This document shows, in pieces, positions 1 through 10,585 of a stretch of DNA of 64,000 nucleotides. Position numbers and translations under genes: made by a program. Source of the DNA: a virus; IMG/VR virus record IMGVR_UViG_3300027519_000001. The stretch is one strand, 5' to 3'. The notes under the pieces were generated by a model. It had not been told where the DNA came from. It was given only the letters and a program-made list of their open reading frames with translations, and ran no database searches. Numbering within the stretch: the first letter of the stretch is position 1; each line of letters opens with the position of its first letter.

Positions 1-358
1 TGTCTGCCTTATTGAACTCTATAGACAAGTCTACTAGTTCTTGATTAGTGACAGTTTCTTGGGCAGCAAGGGCTTGAAGTTGTAATCTAGGTTTCTCAAA
101 CTCTTCTTCGTCTTTTATGACACTAAAACCTAGCGTGATGCATTTACCAACTGTATCAAATAGAGTAGCATCTTCAATAATAGGTAGAAGAATTACGAAC
201 GCATTAGTAGGACCTACGGTTATTTGATTTTCTAATACGCTATCAATAACAGTAAAGAAGTGGTCACTAGATAGAACGGTATAAATGTCTTTCAACCATT
301 TACTTTCAGGGTCAAGCTTTTCTATGTGCTTCTTTTCGAGTTCAATTCTGTCTTTCAT
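1..358 (-). CDS. hypothetical protein, C-terminus cut by window edge
   Basis: ATG at 358-356 (MKDRIELEKKHIEKLDPESKW...) stays open to position 1. ATGA overlap with the stop of ORF 355..984. Absent from the supplied track because it is incomplete. Confidence 0.5.
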   Translation of the reverse strand, partial: MKDRIELEKKHIEKLDPESKWLKDIYTVLSSDHFFTVIDSVLENQITVGPTNAFVILLPIIEDATLFDTVGKCITLGFSVIKDEEEFEKPRLQLQALAAQETVTNQELVDLSIEFNKAD

Positions 359-984
359 AACATGCTCTTGTTAATTAAATAAACTTTTAGTCCCTCAAAG
401 TCCCAGTTGAAGTCTATCTCTGCTTTGTAGACTGGTTTGGCTTTTGAGTCAAATGTACTTTCGGTAATGTCTACTCTAAATGCAGACCCTAAGTGCGGTA
501 TCTTTATAATGTACCTGCTCTCCATAGAGAAAATGGAAACATCATTGTTGGGTGTGTCGGTAAAAGTCAATGCGTCATAGACAGACTGAGATAGTTCAGG
601 CATGGCTTTTATTATAGAACGTGTATTGTCGTTCATTAAAGTTTTACCCTTACTGCCCAGAACTTGCTGTATCTGCGCATAAGATTCTAAGACCTTGAAG
701 TCTCTTGCGTCAATAATGTTATCTACAAGTTCTTTTGTAGCCTTCTCTACGGTATCCAGTATATCAAGCGTGACACCTACCATTTTAAAATCGGCCTCGG
801 CAGTTAAAGTCCAAGAATGTCTGCAAGAAATATTAGGTTTACTTACAGTAGTATTAGAGTCCGATATGTGGGAGAAGTGATTAACACTAGCGTTGATTAC
901 CAAACCATCTAAAAGCTTTTTACGTTCTTCATCGGTCTTAGCATCATCGTATAGGCTCTGTAGAACATTTCTTGCATAGAGCAT
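355..984 (-). CDS. hypothetical protein (209 aa)
   Basis: Long ORF with an ATG start, divergent from the baseplate operon. The 13 nt motif AAAACTGTAAATA lies 48 nt upstream. Confidence 0.65.
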   Translation of the reverse strand: MLYARNVLQSLYDDAKTDEERKKLLDGLVINASVNHFSHISDSNTTVSKPNISCRHSWTLTAEADFKMVGVTLDILDTVEKATKELVDNIIDARDFKVLESYAQIQQVLGSKGKTLMNDNTRSIIKAMPELSQSVYDALTFTDTPNNDVSIFSMESRYIIKIPHLGSAFRVDITESTFDSKAKPVYKAEIDFNWDFEGLKVYLINKSML

Positions 985-1032
985 GGATTAACCCCTTGAT
1001 TTGCAATTTGCTAATTTACTATTATTAAGTGG

Positions 1033-1045
1033 TATTTACAGTTTT
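1033..1045 (-). promoter_or_regulatory. copy 1 of conserved motif AAAACTGTAAATA (minus-strand reading)
   Basis: The + strand reads tatttacagtttt. It lies 48 nt upstream of the ATG at 984, in the divergent intergenic region. Confidence 0.5.
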
Positions 1046-1072
1046 ATAAAATTACTGAGTGCAGGAGTACTT

Positions 1073-1357
1073 ATGGGTAGTTCAGTTATGAGACTTGGAG
1101 ATAAGAGTGTAGGTCACGGCTATCCGCCTGTTCCATCTATCCAAGCAAGCAGCAACGTCAAAGCTAACAGCATAGGTGTTGTGCGTCAAGGAGATAAGTA
1201 CGCTGTACATTGTTTATCTAGCAGTTGCCACCAAGGCGCAGCATTGGGTTCATCGACTGTTAAAGTTAATGGCAAGGGTATTCACACTACTGGAAAGAAG
1301 CTTACTTGTGGAGACACAGCAGGACAAGGTAGCTCTAATGTAAAGGCAGGTGGTTAA
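1073..1357 (+). CDS. PAAR-domain spike-tip protein (94 aa)
   Basis: MGSSVMRLGDKSVGHGYPP...VVRQGDKYAVHC...GSSTVKVNGKGIH...CGD fits the PAAR repeat pattern. AGGAG lies 7 nt before the ATG at 1073. The track ORF begins at an upstream TTG that adds a hydrophobic leader, which I do not accept. Confidence 0.8.
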   Translation: MGSSVMRLGDKSVGHGYPPVPSIQASSNVKANSIGVVRQGDKYAVHCLSSSCHQGAALGSSTVKVNGKGIHTTGKKLTCGDTAGQGSSNVKAGG

Positions 1358-1857
1358 TGGCACGTTCTCCTCTCAATCTTTCTTATTACGAAAGACATAC
1401 AGCACAAGAAATTCCTACCAATAATACAACTATAGCTCTAAAAGATAATATAGTTGATACCCACAGAACTGCCCAGCGCAACTTTTTATTCTCAGACGTA
1501 AACCTTCAAATGAATAAAACTTCTCAAACAGAAGTACGTGACAGAGAAAGCGTTGTGCAAAGTATAATGATGATACTAGGTGTAAGCAAAAGAACAAGAT
1601 GGTTTAGACCTGAGTTTGGTGTAGACTTAGAACGACTCCTATTCCAACCTCTAGATACAGTAACTGCTAATGCTATTCGTAGTACTATTATTACTGGTCT
1701 TACTGGAAGTAGAATAGGTGATAGCAGAGTTAATGTGAGAAACGTTGAAGTTCTACCAGATGTAGACAACGGCAATTACTTTGTTTCTATCGCTATAGAG
1801 ATACCTAGACTTGGGCTAACTTTTGAAAACATAGAATTTGGATTGAAGCGACTATGA
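1357..1857 (+). CDS. baseplate wedge protein, GPW/gp25 family
   Basis: ESVVQSIMMILGVSKRTRWFRPEFGVDLERLLFQPLD matches the gp25/GPW core. TAATG overlap with the PAAR gene. Confidence 0.85.
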   Translation: MARSPLNLSYYERHTAQEIPTNNTTIALKDNIVDTHRTAQRNFLFSDVNLQMNKTSQTEVRDRESVVQSIMMILGVSKRTRWFRPEFGVDLERLLFQPLDTVTANAIRSTIITGLTGSRIGDSRVNVRNVEVLPDVDNGNYFVSIAIEIPRLGLTFENIEFGLKRL

Positions 1858-3317
1858 ACAACATTCAACTATCGAGAACTACAGTAGGTTTCCAAAACAT
1901 TGTTGACGAAATCCAAGAACAGTTTGCACAAGAATATCCTTGGCAAGATAAACTTACTTCTAGTTTGAATACGTTTCTTGTAGATGTAATGGCAGGTCTA
2001 TACACTAATGCCGGTGTTAACCTAGACGTTGCACAACTAGAAGCATTTATTACACACGCTAGAAGAGACAGCAGTATATTTGCATGTACCAGAATGTTAG
2101 GCGTTAAAATAAATCGCCGTACTAGTGCAAGAGCAGAGTTCCAACTTACCAATAACTCAAACGAAAAAGTTAACGTGCCTCCATACGCCCAGATAAACGT
2201 TTCTGGTAGAAGTTTTTATTGTCGTGAAAGCATTATACTTCAAGTAAGAGAAACAAAGATATTCACTCTCTATGAAGGCACTGTTCATCGTAAAGAATTC
2301 TCAATGGCTAACAGAAACATAAACATGCCAGAGATTATACTAGGTGAACCTAACTTCTCAGTTGCTGATCACGATGTACTTGTTTATACATTAGATGAAA
2401 AAGGCAATTACACAGAATGGGAAGACCACGAAGAATCTCTAACTGACCTCACTTCATCGGATGCAAAGTATTTTGAATCTACAACAGGTGATGGTGATGT
2501 TTCTTTCTTGTTTGGTGATGGTACTTTTGGCAAAGCACTGACAAAGAAAGACACTGTTATTGTTCAGTACGTAATTACTCAAGGTCAGAACGGCAACGTT
2601 GGAAATACTGGTACACGCGCAACCGTAGTAGCTAATCCATTAGTTACAGGTTCTTCTATTGAGAACATTAAAGGTGGTACGTTTCCTAAGTCAGCATCGT
2701 ACTACAAAAAGTATGCTCCACATATTTACCAATCTAAGAATACATGGACTAGACCTTCTAGCTGGAAAGGGAACATTATGAAGTACCCGGGCGTTGCTGA
2801 TTGTACTATTATGTCTCAGCGAGATATTGCCCCAAATGACCCAAGCTGGATGAACGTAGTTCGTGTATGTATCTTACCTATTGGTAGTGCTACTTGGGGT
2901 GGAGATAATCCTAATCCACGCAGCGCAATATGGAATGACTTTGTAGCATACGCACAGCAACGTATAGGTCCTCACATTACGATTCAAACATACAATCCGA
3001 AAAAGATTCTGGTTGATTTGAATGTTGAAGTATCTGTACAAGACTGGGTTAACTTACAAGAAATGAAAGCTACGTTACGTGAAGCAATTATTAATCTATT
3101 CAAACGTAAGCCTGGCATGTTAGGCAAACGCTTTTCTAAGTCAGATGTTATTGACGTATGCAAGTTTATTCCAGATGAAGATGCGCGCCGTGATGGTGTT
3201 GACTACGTAGAAGTACTAAGTCCTACCAACGACCTTGAGCCAGATTCAAAACTAGAGTATGTGACACTTAACAGCTTAAACGTTTTCGTTAAGTACACAG
3301 AACGTGAGGACAGATAA
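1854..3317 (+). CDS. baseplate J / gp6-like wedge protein (487 aa)
   Basis: Position immediately after the gp25-like gene (the P2 W-J order), size, and ATGA coupling. No single diagnostic motif was read. Confidence 0.6.
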   Translation: MNNIQLSRTTVGFQNIVDEIQEQFAQEYPWQDKLTSSLNTFLVDVMAGLYTNAGVNLDVAQLEAFITHARRDSSIFACTRMLGVKINRRTSARAEFQLTNNSNEKVNVPPYAQINVSGRSFYCRESIILQVRETKIFTLYEGTVHRKEFSMANRNINMPEIILGEPNFSVADHDVLVYTLDEKGNYTEWEDHEESLTDLTSSDAKYFESTTGDGDVSFLFGDGTFGKALTKKDTVIVQYVITQGQNGNVGNTGTRATVVANPLVTGSSIENIKGGTFPKSASYYKKYAPHIYQSKNTWTRPSSWKGNIMKYPGVADCTIMSQRDIAPNDPSWMNVVRVCILPIGSATWGGDNPNPRSAIWNDFVAYAQQRIGPHITIQTYNPKKILVDLNVEVSVQDWVNLQEMKATLREAIINLFKRKPGMLGKRFSKSDVIDVCKFIPDEDARRDGVDYVEVLSPTNDLEPDSKLEYVTLNSLNVFVKYTEREDR

Positions 3318-6300
3318 TGAGTAAGACAGCTACCGACTTGCTTGTTGATATTCTAAAGGAAGATGATTTATGGTCTTCCTTTGCAGATGTTGCACAGCGA
3401 GTATACGATAGTAAGATAGGTTCTCCTCTAAAAGAGCTAGAAAGAATTCGCTACATTGATCAAGACACAGACCCTGTATTTATTGAACGAGCTATTCGTC
3501 AAGCAGGCATAAACCTTACTAGTGAATTTTTCGAACATAACAAAGAGAAGCTTACTAATTCATTCTACCAGTTGATTAAGTTTTGGGAAACAGACGGTAA
3601 CCCGAACTATCCTAAGTTTATCAGCTTCTTGCTAGGTAGAGACTTCAAAGAAGATGTTCTTTATACAAGCGACTACATTGAATTTTCGCCTACTCATGGA
3701 AAGCTTGTTGTAGACGGCGGTAACTGGTACAGCACAAGCACAGTTGATTTAGCCGTTGATGTACAAGGCTTGAAAGAAAGTCTAACGCTAAGAATCACTA
3801 CAGAAGACATTCCTAGTATTCGTGAACTACTGGGTTACTCTACGGCTTCTGATGAAGAACGTGTTTCAATCAATGAAACGATTCGTACTCTTCAATTAAA
3901 AGAGCTAACTACTTCGGACAGCCCTGCTATTGTCCGTAAACTGATAGAGAATAGAATACTTCAAGTCTATTACCAGTTTGCACCTATTGAGAAAGTTGTT
4001 AGAGATATCTATCTGACAATTTCAGCAGTAGCAAATATAGGCATGTTTGGTTCTAGCTTAATTAAACCAAAGCGTTATGTAGACCCAAATAAACCTGCTA
4101 TTGTTAGCATGGAGTTCGTTATTCCGTCTAAAGTACAAGGGTTCAGAAAGTATCCAGCGCATGTGTTGGTATCCTACATGGATGAAACACAAGCCAGCGA
4201 GTATCCTATTTCTGTTTCTGGTCAGTACGTTAAAAGCTTTGACGGTAAAACAATTGAGTTTTTAGACATTGACTTTGTTTCTGATATCGAATTCACTTAC
4301 ACTGCAAAAGGAACAACAAATACTGTAATGGTAGAGCTTTATCCTATCGGTACTCCTTTCATTCCAGATGAATTGCAGATAGTTGGAAGTATCAGACCTC
4401 TTGAAGAAGCTACCAATACGTATCGTCTAATCACAAGACACGACAATGTAAGAGAGTACGGTGACGAGGACAGAATTACTTGGAGCATAGATAGTGAACA
4501 TGCTAGCTTCAAAGATAACGTCCTTGTAGTTGAAGAAATCTTCGAAGAATATTCTGCTACTGTTACTGCTAAACACCGTAACGTTGACGGCACTACTAGT
4601 TCTGAAACACTCGATGTAACGCTAGTACCTAAAGAGCGTAACGTTGTTGCTAAAAGCATTCGCCTAGTTGCAGAGCAGTACGTTGATAATGCGTGGGTCG
4701 AGTTGAATACTTTGACTGACGTAGTTCAAGGTATGACAGGTGTTTTCCTTACTGCAATTGTAGAATACACTGACGGCAGTGAGAAAGAACTTTATAGCTT
4801 ACCAGCCCAATTTCGTGCTGGAAGTACTGAACTTACTTTACCTTACTGGCAAACATCTACTAGTGCAACTAGCATTAGTGAGACAGGTGAGATTCAGATT
4901 CCAATTGTTTACAGGGACTTCACGGCAGAGTTTGTAGTGAACTATCAAGAAGATGATAGAGTGCTTAATGGTTCTATTAAAGTATTCTTCAAAAAGCCTA
5001 GACTTGTTGTTGAGTCAATCGAGATTATAGGACCTAGTTCTGTTCTTGAAGAAACACGTAACGTTTACCAGTTGCAGGCTACGTGGTCTAATGGAATGAT
5101 TAGTATTGTAGATGCAGACTGGTCTAGTAGACAAACAGCTAATTCAACTAGTACAGAGATATCCGACTCTGGTTTAATGACTGCACCTAGTGTAGACGAT
5201 GACGCAATCAATGTAAGCGTGAATGCAATCATTGATGTGTACCGTTACGACGAGGACGACAACGAAAGTATTGTTAAGTTAGCAACTTCAAAAACAGTAG
5301 AAGTCAAAGCACTACGTAGGGAAGTAAACAGTATTGAAGCTCTTATGCCTCAATCACTTTCACAAGGTAACACTAACCGAGTTCGCTTTTACGTTGATTG
5401 GAATGACAATAGCAATACTCAGATTATTCCGTACCGTGTTGAACTAAAGCAAGGTGACAGGGTTTTATCTAAGTATGTTCGTCTTGATTCGGGATACGAG
5501 TTAGAGCATGAAGACAACGTTCCTGTTATTCTTTCTCTATCTGAGGAACAGTTTAGTGCTGTAGATGAAAGCCTAGACCATCCGCAATTTCTTATCGATT
5601 ATCTAAGTGATACAGAGGAAACAAACTTCGAACAGATTAAAGGTCTGGTAGACATATACATCTACTACATAAACCCGTTAGATGTTCCAGAAGAGGGTGT
5701 TGTCCTAACAGACGAAGAGCTTGACTTAACAGAAGTTCCTTACTCTACTTATGCAACGTCTATCAGTGTAACACCTAAGATTTTCTTAACAGAAGACTTA
5801 GAGATTATTTACGCCGAAAACATGCCTGAGGGTACGCGTACATTCTTGACTGCTATTGTTACTTATGCTAATGGTGAGCAAGAACAAGCAAACGCTACAT
5901 GGAGTATTGAACCTAGCTTTATCGACCAAGAAATCGAAGCAGACTTAACACAAGGTCAGTTTACGATTGAGGGAATGGTTAAAGCACTTATCGGTGTAGA
6001 CCGAGCTTGGTTAGACAGTAACGAACTAACGCAAGCACAGGTAGATAGATTAATTAACGGTGAATTGTTCTTTAAAGTTCTAGCAGAAGAGGTTCAAGCG
6101 GATTGGACGCAAGCAGTTAAGAACATTATAGACAACGACCCAGAAACTGAATATCCACGCGCAGTAATTCAAACAAGAACCTTACTTGACGGTGAACAGC
6201 AAAGCTTCAAAGTAACTGCACGATATTTCCAACAAGTAGAGTCTGTTACTATCACTAGCAATGCTAACCCTGTTCAAGCAATCGATAAGATTCTGAACTC

Positions 6301-8119
6301 ACGTATTGAAGGACCCGGTGAGATTTATGCAGACAACACGCTAGACTTCTCGTATGGATTAGTTGTTGATTACGACGACCTTGGTGACACCTACATGGTA
6401 TCAAGTGATTGGCGTGTAGATGTAGTTAACAAAGTAGAAGTACTAACTGCTTTGCTTGCAGTAAATGAAAGCTACCGTTCACTGTTGCCTACTCATGATG
6501 ATTTGAGGATTTATGAGGTCAATGAATTAGACGAAGAACAGTTATCAGAAATCTTCCAGTCAATTCAAATTGCTGAAATAGATAACGAAGGTTATTTGTA
6601 TCCACGTATCAATATTAACGCACAGCTTTTGGTATACGCCGACTATGATGACGGCATTACGCAGTTTACTGAGCAGTTAGATGTTTACATGAAAAGTACT
6701 AATGCTATTCTTACAGGCATGTACATGTATAACATTACTAACGATGGTCAGTTTGAACGTAGCAGTAATACAACTCCGTCAGATGCAACTGGTGCTGGTG
6801 AGATTATACGTCTTCCTGATGTAGCAGTACTGCCCGGCAATCCCGATAGCTTTGCAGACATAGACCCTACAAGTGGTAAGCTATTCTATAGATTCAAAGC
6901 AAAGGTCGAGCGTAACGACGAATTTGGTACGTTCTACGATCCAGAAGTTGTTGAATGGTCATTAGAAACATCGAGTAATAAAGTAAGCCTTACTCAGCCG
7001 AGCAGAAACGTAATTGGACTTCTTGTTAATCCTGTCGAGACAGATACACAAGTAATTATTAACGGCGTGTACACTGAGGAATTTGCTAGAAGTACAGACG
7101 CAGTAGATGCAGGCAACCCTGCTGCTGCCCAAGATAGAGTTGAAACAGTAGCTAGCTCGTTACGTTTTATTATTGAAAGCTCTAAAGCAATCGATGTAAT
7201 TGAGCAGTCAGGTCAAACAGTTGTTTACGATGACCCTGATTCAATCTTTGTACCTACTGTTAGAATTCAAAGACGCGATGGAACATACGTTACTGACCCA
7301 AATGCTATGGTAACATGGTATGTAGTTAGCGGACCTATTGGTGTTTCATATAATGCCGAAACTAAAGGTTTTAAGATTCCTAAGTTAACGAACAATACAG
7401 TAATGGTACTACGTGCTACAGCAAAAGAAGGGTTAAGAACTATATCAGAAGATTTTGAGTATACACTACTTATGCAGTTTACTCCTACTGACATATCCTT
7501 AACATTACCTCAAACTGTACAGACTGCTATTATAGACGCAGGTGAATACGAGCTTGGTGCTATTATGACAGGTTCTACTTCACAAGGTCCTGATACTCTT
7601 GACGTTTCAGACAGTGCTTTCTTTTTCTTTAACTACAATGAACCTGACGCAGAGTTTGACGAAAACATTTTGTCTATCTCTCCAATCGTTGAAAACAAAG
7701 AAATAGAAATCTCTATCAAGGCTAAAGACTATCCCAGTTTCACGGACAAGAAGACTATCAAAGTATATTCTAGCTTTCCTTTGTTTGGAACATACTTAGA
7801 CGGTGTTAACAATTCTACCCGTTTCAATGATAACTTGGGAGTGTTCGAAAAGCAGGCTAGTAGGACAGGCGGTACGTTTGAAATCAATCCAGATGCAGAC
7901 GAGTATGGATACTTCGCACACCCTAAAACATTGGGTCGAGCAGAGTTTACATACATTCCAGAACCAAATAGCGATACATCATTGTTTGGCGAATGGCAAG
8001 AACCTATTACTGTTACACGCGTCTATGAAACCGACTTAGATGAAGCTTGGTATCTATATAGAACAACGGCTAGAGGTTTTAGTCGAGGCAAGTTCTCTGT
8101 AAGGTATATACCAGAATAA
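3317..8119 (+). CDS. large baseplate/fibre-network protein with repeated Ig-like (Big_2-type) domains (1600 aa)
   Basis: It occupies the P2 gpI / T4 gp7 slot after the J-like gene. Repeated segments of about 90 aa fit the pattern v.sI.i..p....eg....l.a.v.y.dG......a.Ws, for example VVESIEIIGPSSVLEETRNVYQLQATWSNG and LEIIYAENMPEGTRTFLTAIVTYANGEQEQANATWS. Confidence 0.6.
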   Translation: MSKTATDLLVDILKEDDLWSSFADVAQRVYDSKIGSPLKELERIRYIDQDTDPVFIERAIRQAGINLTSEFFEHNKEKLTNSFYQLIKFWETDGNPNYPKFISFLLGRDFKEDVLYTSDYIEFSPTHGKLVVDGGNWYSTSTVDLAVDVQGLKESLTLRITTEDIPSIRELLGYSTASDEERVSINETIRTLQLKELTTSDSPAIVRKLIENRILQVYYQFAPIEKVVRDIYLTISAVANIGMFGSSLIKPKRYVDPNKPAIVSMEFVIPSKVQGFRKYPAHVLVSYMDETQASEYPISVSGQYVKSFDGKTIEFLDIDFVSDIEFTYTAKGTTNTVMVELYPIGTPFIPDELQIVGSIRPLEEATNTYRLITRHDNVREYGDEDRITWSIDSEHASFKDNVLVVEEIFEEYSATVTAKHRNVDGTTSSETLDVTLVPKERNVVAKSIRLVAEQYVDNAWVELNTLTDVVQGMTGVFLTAIVEYTDGSEKELYSLPAQFRAGSTELTLPYWQTSTSATSISETGEIQIPIVYRDFTAEFVVNYQEDDRVLNGSIKVFFKKPRLVVESIEIIGPSSVLEETRNVYQLQATWSNGMISIVDADWSSRQTANSTSTEISDSGLMTAPSVDDDAINVSVNAIIDVYRYDEDDNESIVKLATSKTVEVKALRREVNSIEALMPQSLSQGNTNRVRFYVDWNDNSNTQIIPYRVELKQGDRVLSKYVRLDSGYELEHEDNVPVILSLSEEQFSAVDESLDHPQFLIDYLSDTEETNFEQIKGLVDIYIYYINPLDVPEEGVVLTDEELDLTEVPYSTYATSISVTPKIFLTEDLEIIYAENMPEGTRTFLTAIVTYANGEQEQANATWSIEPSFIDQEIEADLTQGQFTIEGMVKALIGVDRAWLDSNELTQAQVDRLINGELFFKVLAEEVQADWTQAVKNIIDNDPETEYPRAVIQTRTLLDGEQQSFKVTARYFQQVESVTITSNANPVQAIDKILNSRIEGPGEIYADNTLDFSYGLVVDYDDLGDTYMVSSDWRVDVVNKVEVLTALLAVNESYRSLLPTHDDLRIYEVNELDEEQLSEIFQSIQIAEIDNEGYLYPRININAQLLVYADYDDGITQFTEQLDVYMKSTNAILTGMYMYNITNDGQFERSSNTTPSDATGAGEIIRLPDVAVLPGNPDSFADIDPTSGKLFYRFKAKVERNDEFGTFYDPEVVEWSLETSSNKVSLTQPSRNVIGLLVNPVETDTQVIINGVYTEEFARSTDAVDAGNPAAAQDRVETVASSLRFIIESSKAIDVIEQSGQTVVYDDPDSIFVPTVRIQRRDGTYVTDPNAMVTWYVVSGPIGVSYNAETKGFKIPKLTNNTVMVLRATAKEGLRTISEDFEYTLLMQFTPTDISLTLPQTVQTAIIDAGEYELGAIMTGSTSQGPDTLDVSDSAFFFFNYNEPDAEFDENILSISPIVENKEIEISIKAKDYPSFTDKKTIKVYSSFPLFGTYLDGVNNSTRFNDNLGVFEKQASRTGGTFEINPDADEYGYFAHPKTLGRAEFTYIPEPNSDTSLFGEWQEPITVTRVYETDLDEAWYLYRTTARGFSRGKFSVRYIPE

Positions 8120-8155
8120 CTATAATTTTATAGAAACATTAATGGAAGTTTTATA

Positions 8156-10582
8156 ATGACACCAAACATAATTCACTTAACAGAAGCAGGGCGTCAAGCA
8201 CTTCTTAATGCAGATGCGGGTGGCATTCGTGTCGCCCCTAAAGTATTCAAGCTTGGTGACTTAGAAGTATCAGACGTTGAAGACTTCTACGAACAAGAGG
8301 GTGGTATCCCAGACAACCTCGTAAGCAACACTGTTTTTACAGGTAACATTTCTTACGTACAAGTATTGTCAGAAAATACAGTTCGATTCACATTGGATAT
8401 TCCACAAGGTATACCTGATGCAAACGCAACTAGCTCTATCACTATTGGTGAGCTAGTTGTTTTATTAGAAGACAACACAGTGCTAGGTCATTGTGTTTAT
8501 TCTGAGCCTTACGTTAAGTCATCTGCCGAAGCAATTCGCATTGAAGCTATGTTGCACATTAGCGAAGTAGATGCAGGCACTATCGATGTAACGCTATCTG
8601 AGTTTGGTTCTATCCCATCTGTACCTACAGTTGAAGACTTGCCAAGCCCTGTAAATGCTATTGCTAATGCAGTTGGTGTACAGACATTAGAATGGTCGCT
8701 AGATGGAAACGCAGTACCGGGCATTGCTCAGAAGTTCGGACCTGGAGGCGCGCATTGGGGATTCTCTGGATACACTAGAATCTTTAACGGTGAAGTTGGA
8801 TACGAAAACGTTTACGACGAAACTGAATTCAAACAACCTGATGCTAGCGAACTTGGTAACGTACAAGCTGGCGACATAGTTGTAGTGCAAGTCATTCAAG
8901 GACCCGGGGCTGGTGAGACTCGTATCTTTGATGCTACTCAGAACGGCGATAACATTGCATATATTGCTAAAGGAACTGGATTTAGTGCGCTGTCAGATAC
9001 TAGCGTTATTTCAATCTGGTATCCACGTTCAGGCAACTACGGTGCTACATCATTAAGTTGGTTAAACGAAGAAGTACCGTCTAACTATGTATTAGAGCGT
9101 GGAGTTACAAGCCCACGTTGGGTGCCTCCGCTAAAAGCTTCTGGTAATGGCAGTACGCTTTACCACCCGCCCGGCACATTAAAGATGAATGCTTACGTAA
9201 CAGAGCCAGAAGATGCAGCAGGTTCTCGTACATTTGTTCTATATCAAAAAGACTTGTCGCAAGCACAAAGCCAGAAAGCCCAGATTCATTACTACAGCCA
9301 TGCTAAGAATAACAACTATGCAATGGTAGCACTTGGCGGCGTTACACAGCACAGAGAAGCTTTTGAGATTACAGAAAACGCAATTGAATTCTCAGAAGAC
9401 TTGCCTAGTGAAACCCAGATTGATGCTCGTTTGTTTACATTGTCTCCAAGCACAGGCGCACTGCTAAATATTCGCTATGCAGAATACATTGCAGATGGTA
9501 ATCAAACTGAATTCGATATCCCTGTAGTAGGTGAAGAAAAGATAACTAGTTCTAGTCAGTGTCTTGTATACGTAGACCCTTTCTTGCAGAGCATAAACAA
9601 TTACGTTATCGATGAAGATAATCAAAAGATTGTTTTCACTACTGCACCTGCACAAGGGCTACTTGTAGAAATCAATGCGTTCATTACACAAGAAGTTCGT
9701 GGATACGCAACTCATGTTCACACTCAGAACTATGTTACTAAAGACCTGACTCGTGTTCTTCAATTGCCATTCAGTCCTCAAGATAAGGGTCTGGTGTTTG
9801 TATCTGAACAGGGTCTTCATGCTAATCGTAGTCTATATGATATTGTAGATGACCGTTTGATTTTCCGCAGAGACATTGATGCGAATCAAGAAATCGAAGT
9901 TCAGATATTTAGAAACGTATTAAGTCAAGGCAATCCTGATAGTAGTATTCAAGGTGTTGTTACAGACGCATTAGTAACGTCTAAGAGTATTGAGCTTGTA
10001 CGTCACAACTTAGAGCCGTTACGTATTCCAGTTCCTCGATTCAATATGATAGGTGGAACAGGTATTAAAGTTTCTGGTACTTTTCCTGAGTACACAATTG
10101 AATCTAAACTAAGTCAGCAAATAGCAAAAGACAAACCTGTTGTGTTCAATAACCAACACAGAATAGCTAACGCGGAAGAGATTATTTATACTCAACGTGT
10201 GAACTTTAAAGGTGATGTTATTGTTAAAGCTACAGCAGACTTCAATGCTAGACTAGGCCCCGGCTTTACATCAGCCAGTGGTTTAGAAAACATTGAATTT
10301 GTTCTTGGATTCAGAACGCACAGCCTTAACGAACCTGAATATGGTAGAAACATTAAAGGTACTGGCAGCAGTGGTTTCAATGTAACTAATCCAGAACAGC
10401 AAGGCACTTATGCGTATGCCGACAAATCAATTACTCAAAGCTGGAATGTATTGAAAAACAATAACCCAACTGGTGCTATTGAGATAGTTGCTAAAATGCG
10501 TGTACGTAACGGTCGCGTAAGTGACTACGGCTCAGCACTAACGATTAACTTGGTAGTCGATGTATCGCCTAATTTGGGGTAA
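8156..10582 (+). CDS. tail fibre protein with P2 gpH-type N-terminal tail-collar domain (808 aa)
   Basis: The N-terminus IIHLTEAGRQALLNADAGGIRVAPKVFKLGD...ITIGELVVLLEDNTVLGHCVY parallels P2 gpH (ITTAGAAKLAAA...VGDG...ELGLYDDAGTLIAVAN). Confidence 0.65.
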   Translation: MTPNIIHLTEAGRQALLNADAGGIRVAPKVFKLGDLEVSDVEDFYEQEGGIPDNLVSNTVFTGNISYVQVLSENTVRFTLDIPQGIPDANATSSITIGELVVLLEDNTVLGHCVYSEPYVKSSAEAIRIEAMLHISEVDAGTIDVTLSEFGSIPSVPTVEDLPSPVNAIANAVGVQTLEWSLDGNAVPGIAQKFGPGGAHWGFSGYTRIFNGEVGYENVYDETEFKQPDASELGNVQAGDIVVVQVIQGPGAGETRIFDATQNGDNIAYIAKGTGFSALSDTSVISIWYPRSGNYGATSLSWLNEEVPSNYVLERGVTSPRWVPPLKASGNGSTLYHPPGTLKMNAYVTEPEDAAGSRTFVLYQKDLSQAQSQKAQIHYYSHAKNNNYAMVALGGVTQHREAFEITENAIEFSEDLPSETQIDARLFTLSPSTGALLNIRYAEYIADGNQTEFDIPVVGEEKITSSSQCLVYVDPFLQSINNYVIDEDNQKIVFTTAPAQGLLVEINAFITQEVRGYATHVHTQNYVTKDLTRVLQLPFSPQDKGLVFVSEQGLHANRSLYDIVDDRLIFRRDIDANQEIEVQIFRNVLSQGNPDSSIQGVVTDALVTSKSIELVRHNLEPLRIPVPRFNMIGGTGIKVSGTFPEYTIESKLSQQIAKDKPVVFNNQHRIANAEEIIYTQRVNFKGDVIVKATADFNARLGPGFTSASGLENIEFVLGFRTHSLNEPEYGRNIKGTGSSGFNVTNPEQQGTYAYADKSITQSWNVLKNNNPTGAIEIVAKMRVRNGRVSDYGSALTINLVVDVSPNLG

Positions 10583-10585
10583 CGT

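Noticed and set aside
1001-1072. N-terminal 24 aa extension of the PAAR ORF (track start at TTG 1001).
   Set aside because: The extension is a hydrophobic run lying in the divergent promoter region. A canonical AGGAG-N7-ATG is present at 1073.
8120-8155. T4-like late-promoter boxes (TATAAATA-like) upstream of + strand structural genes, for example CTATAATTTTATAG here and CATAAATAAT at 26166-26175.
   Set aside because: A/T-rich spacers will contain such strings by chance. There is no shared extended motif among the few + strand intergenic regions available in this window.
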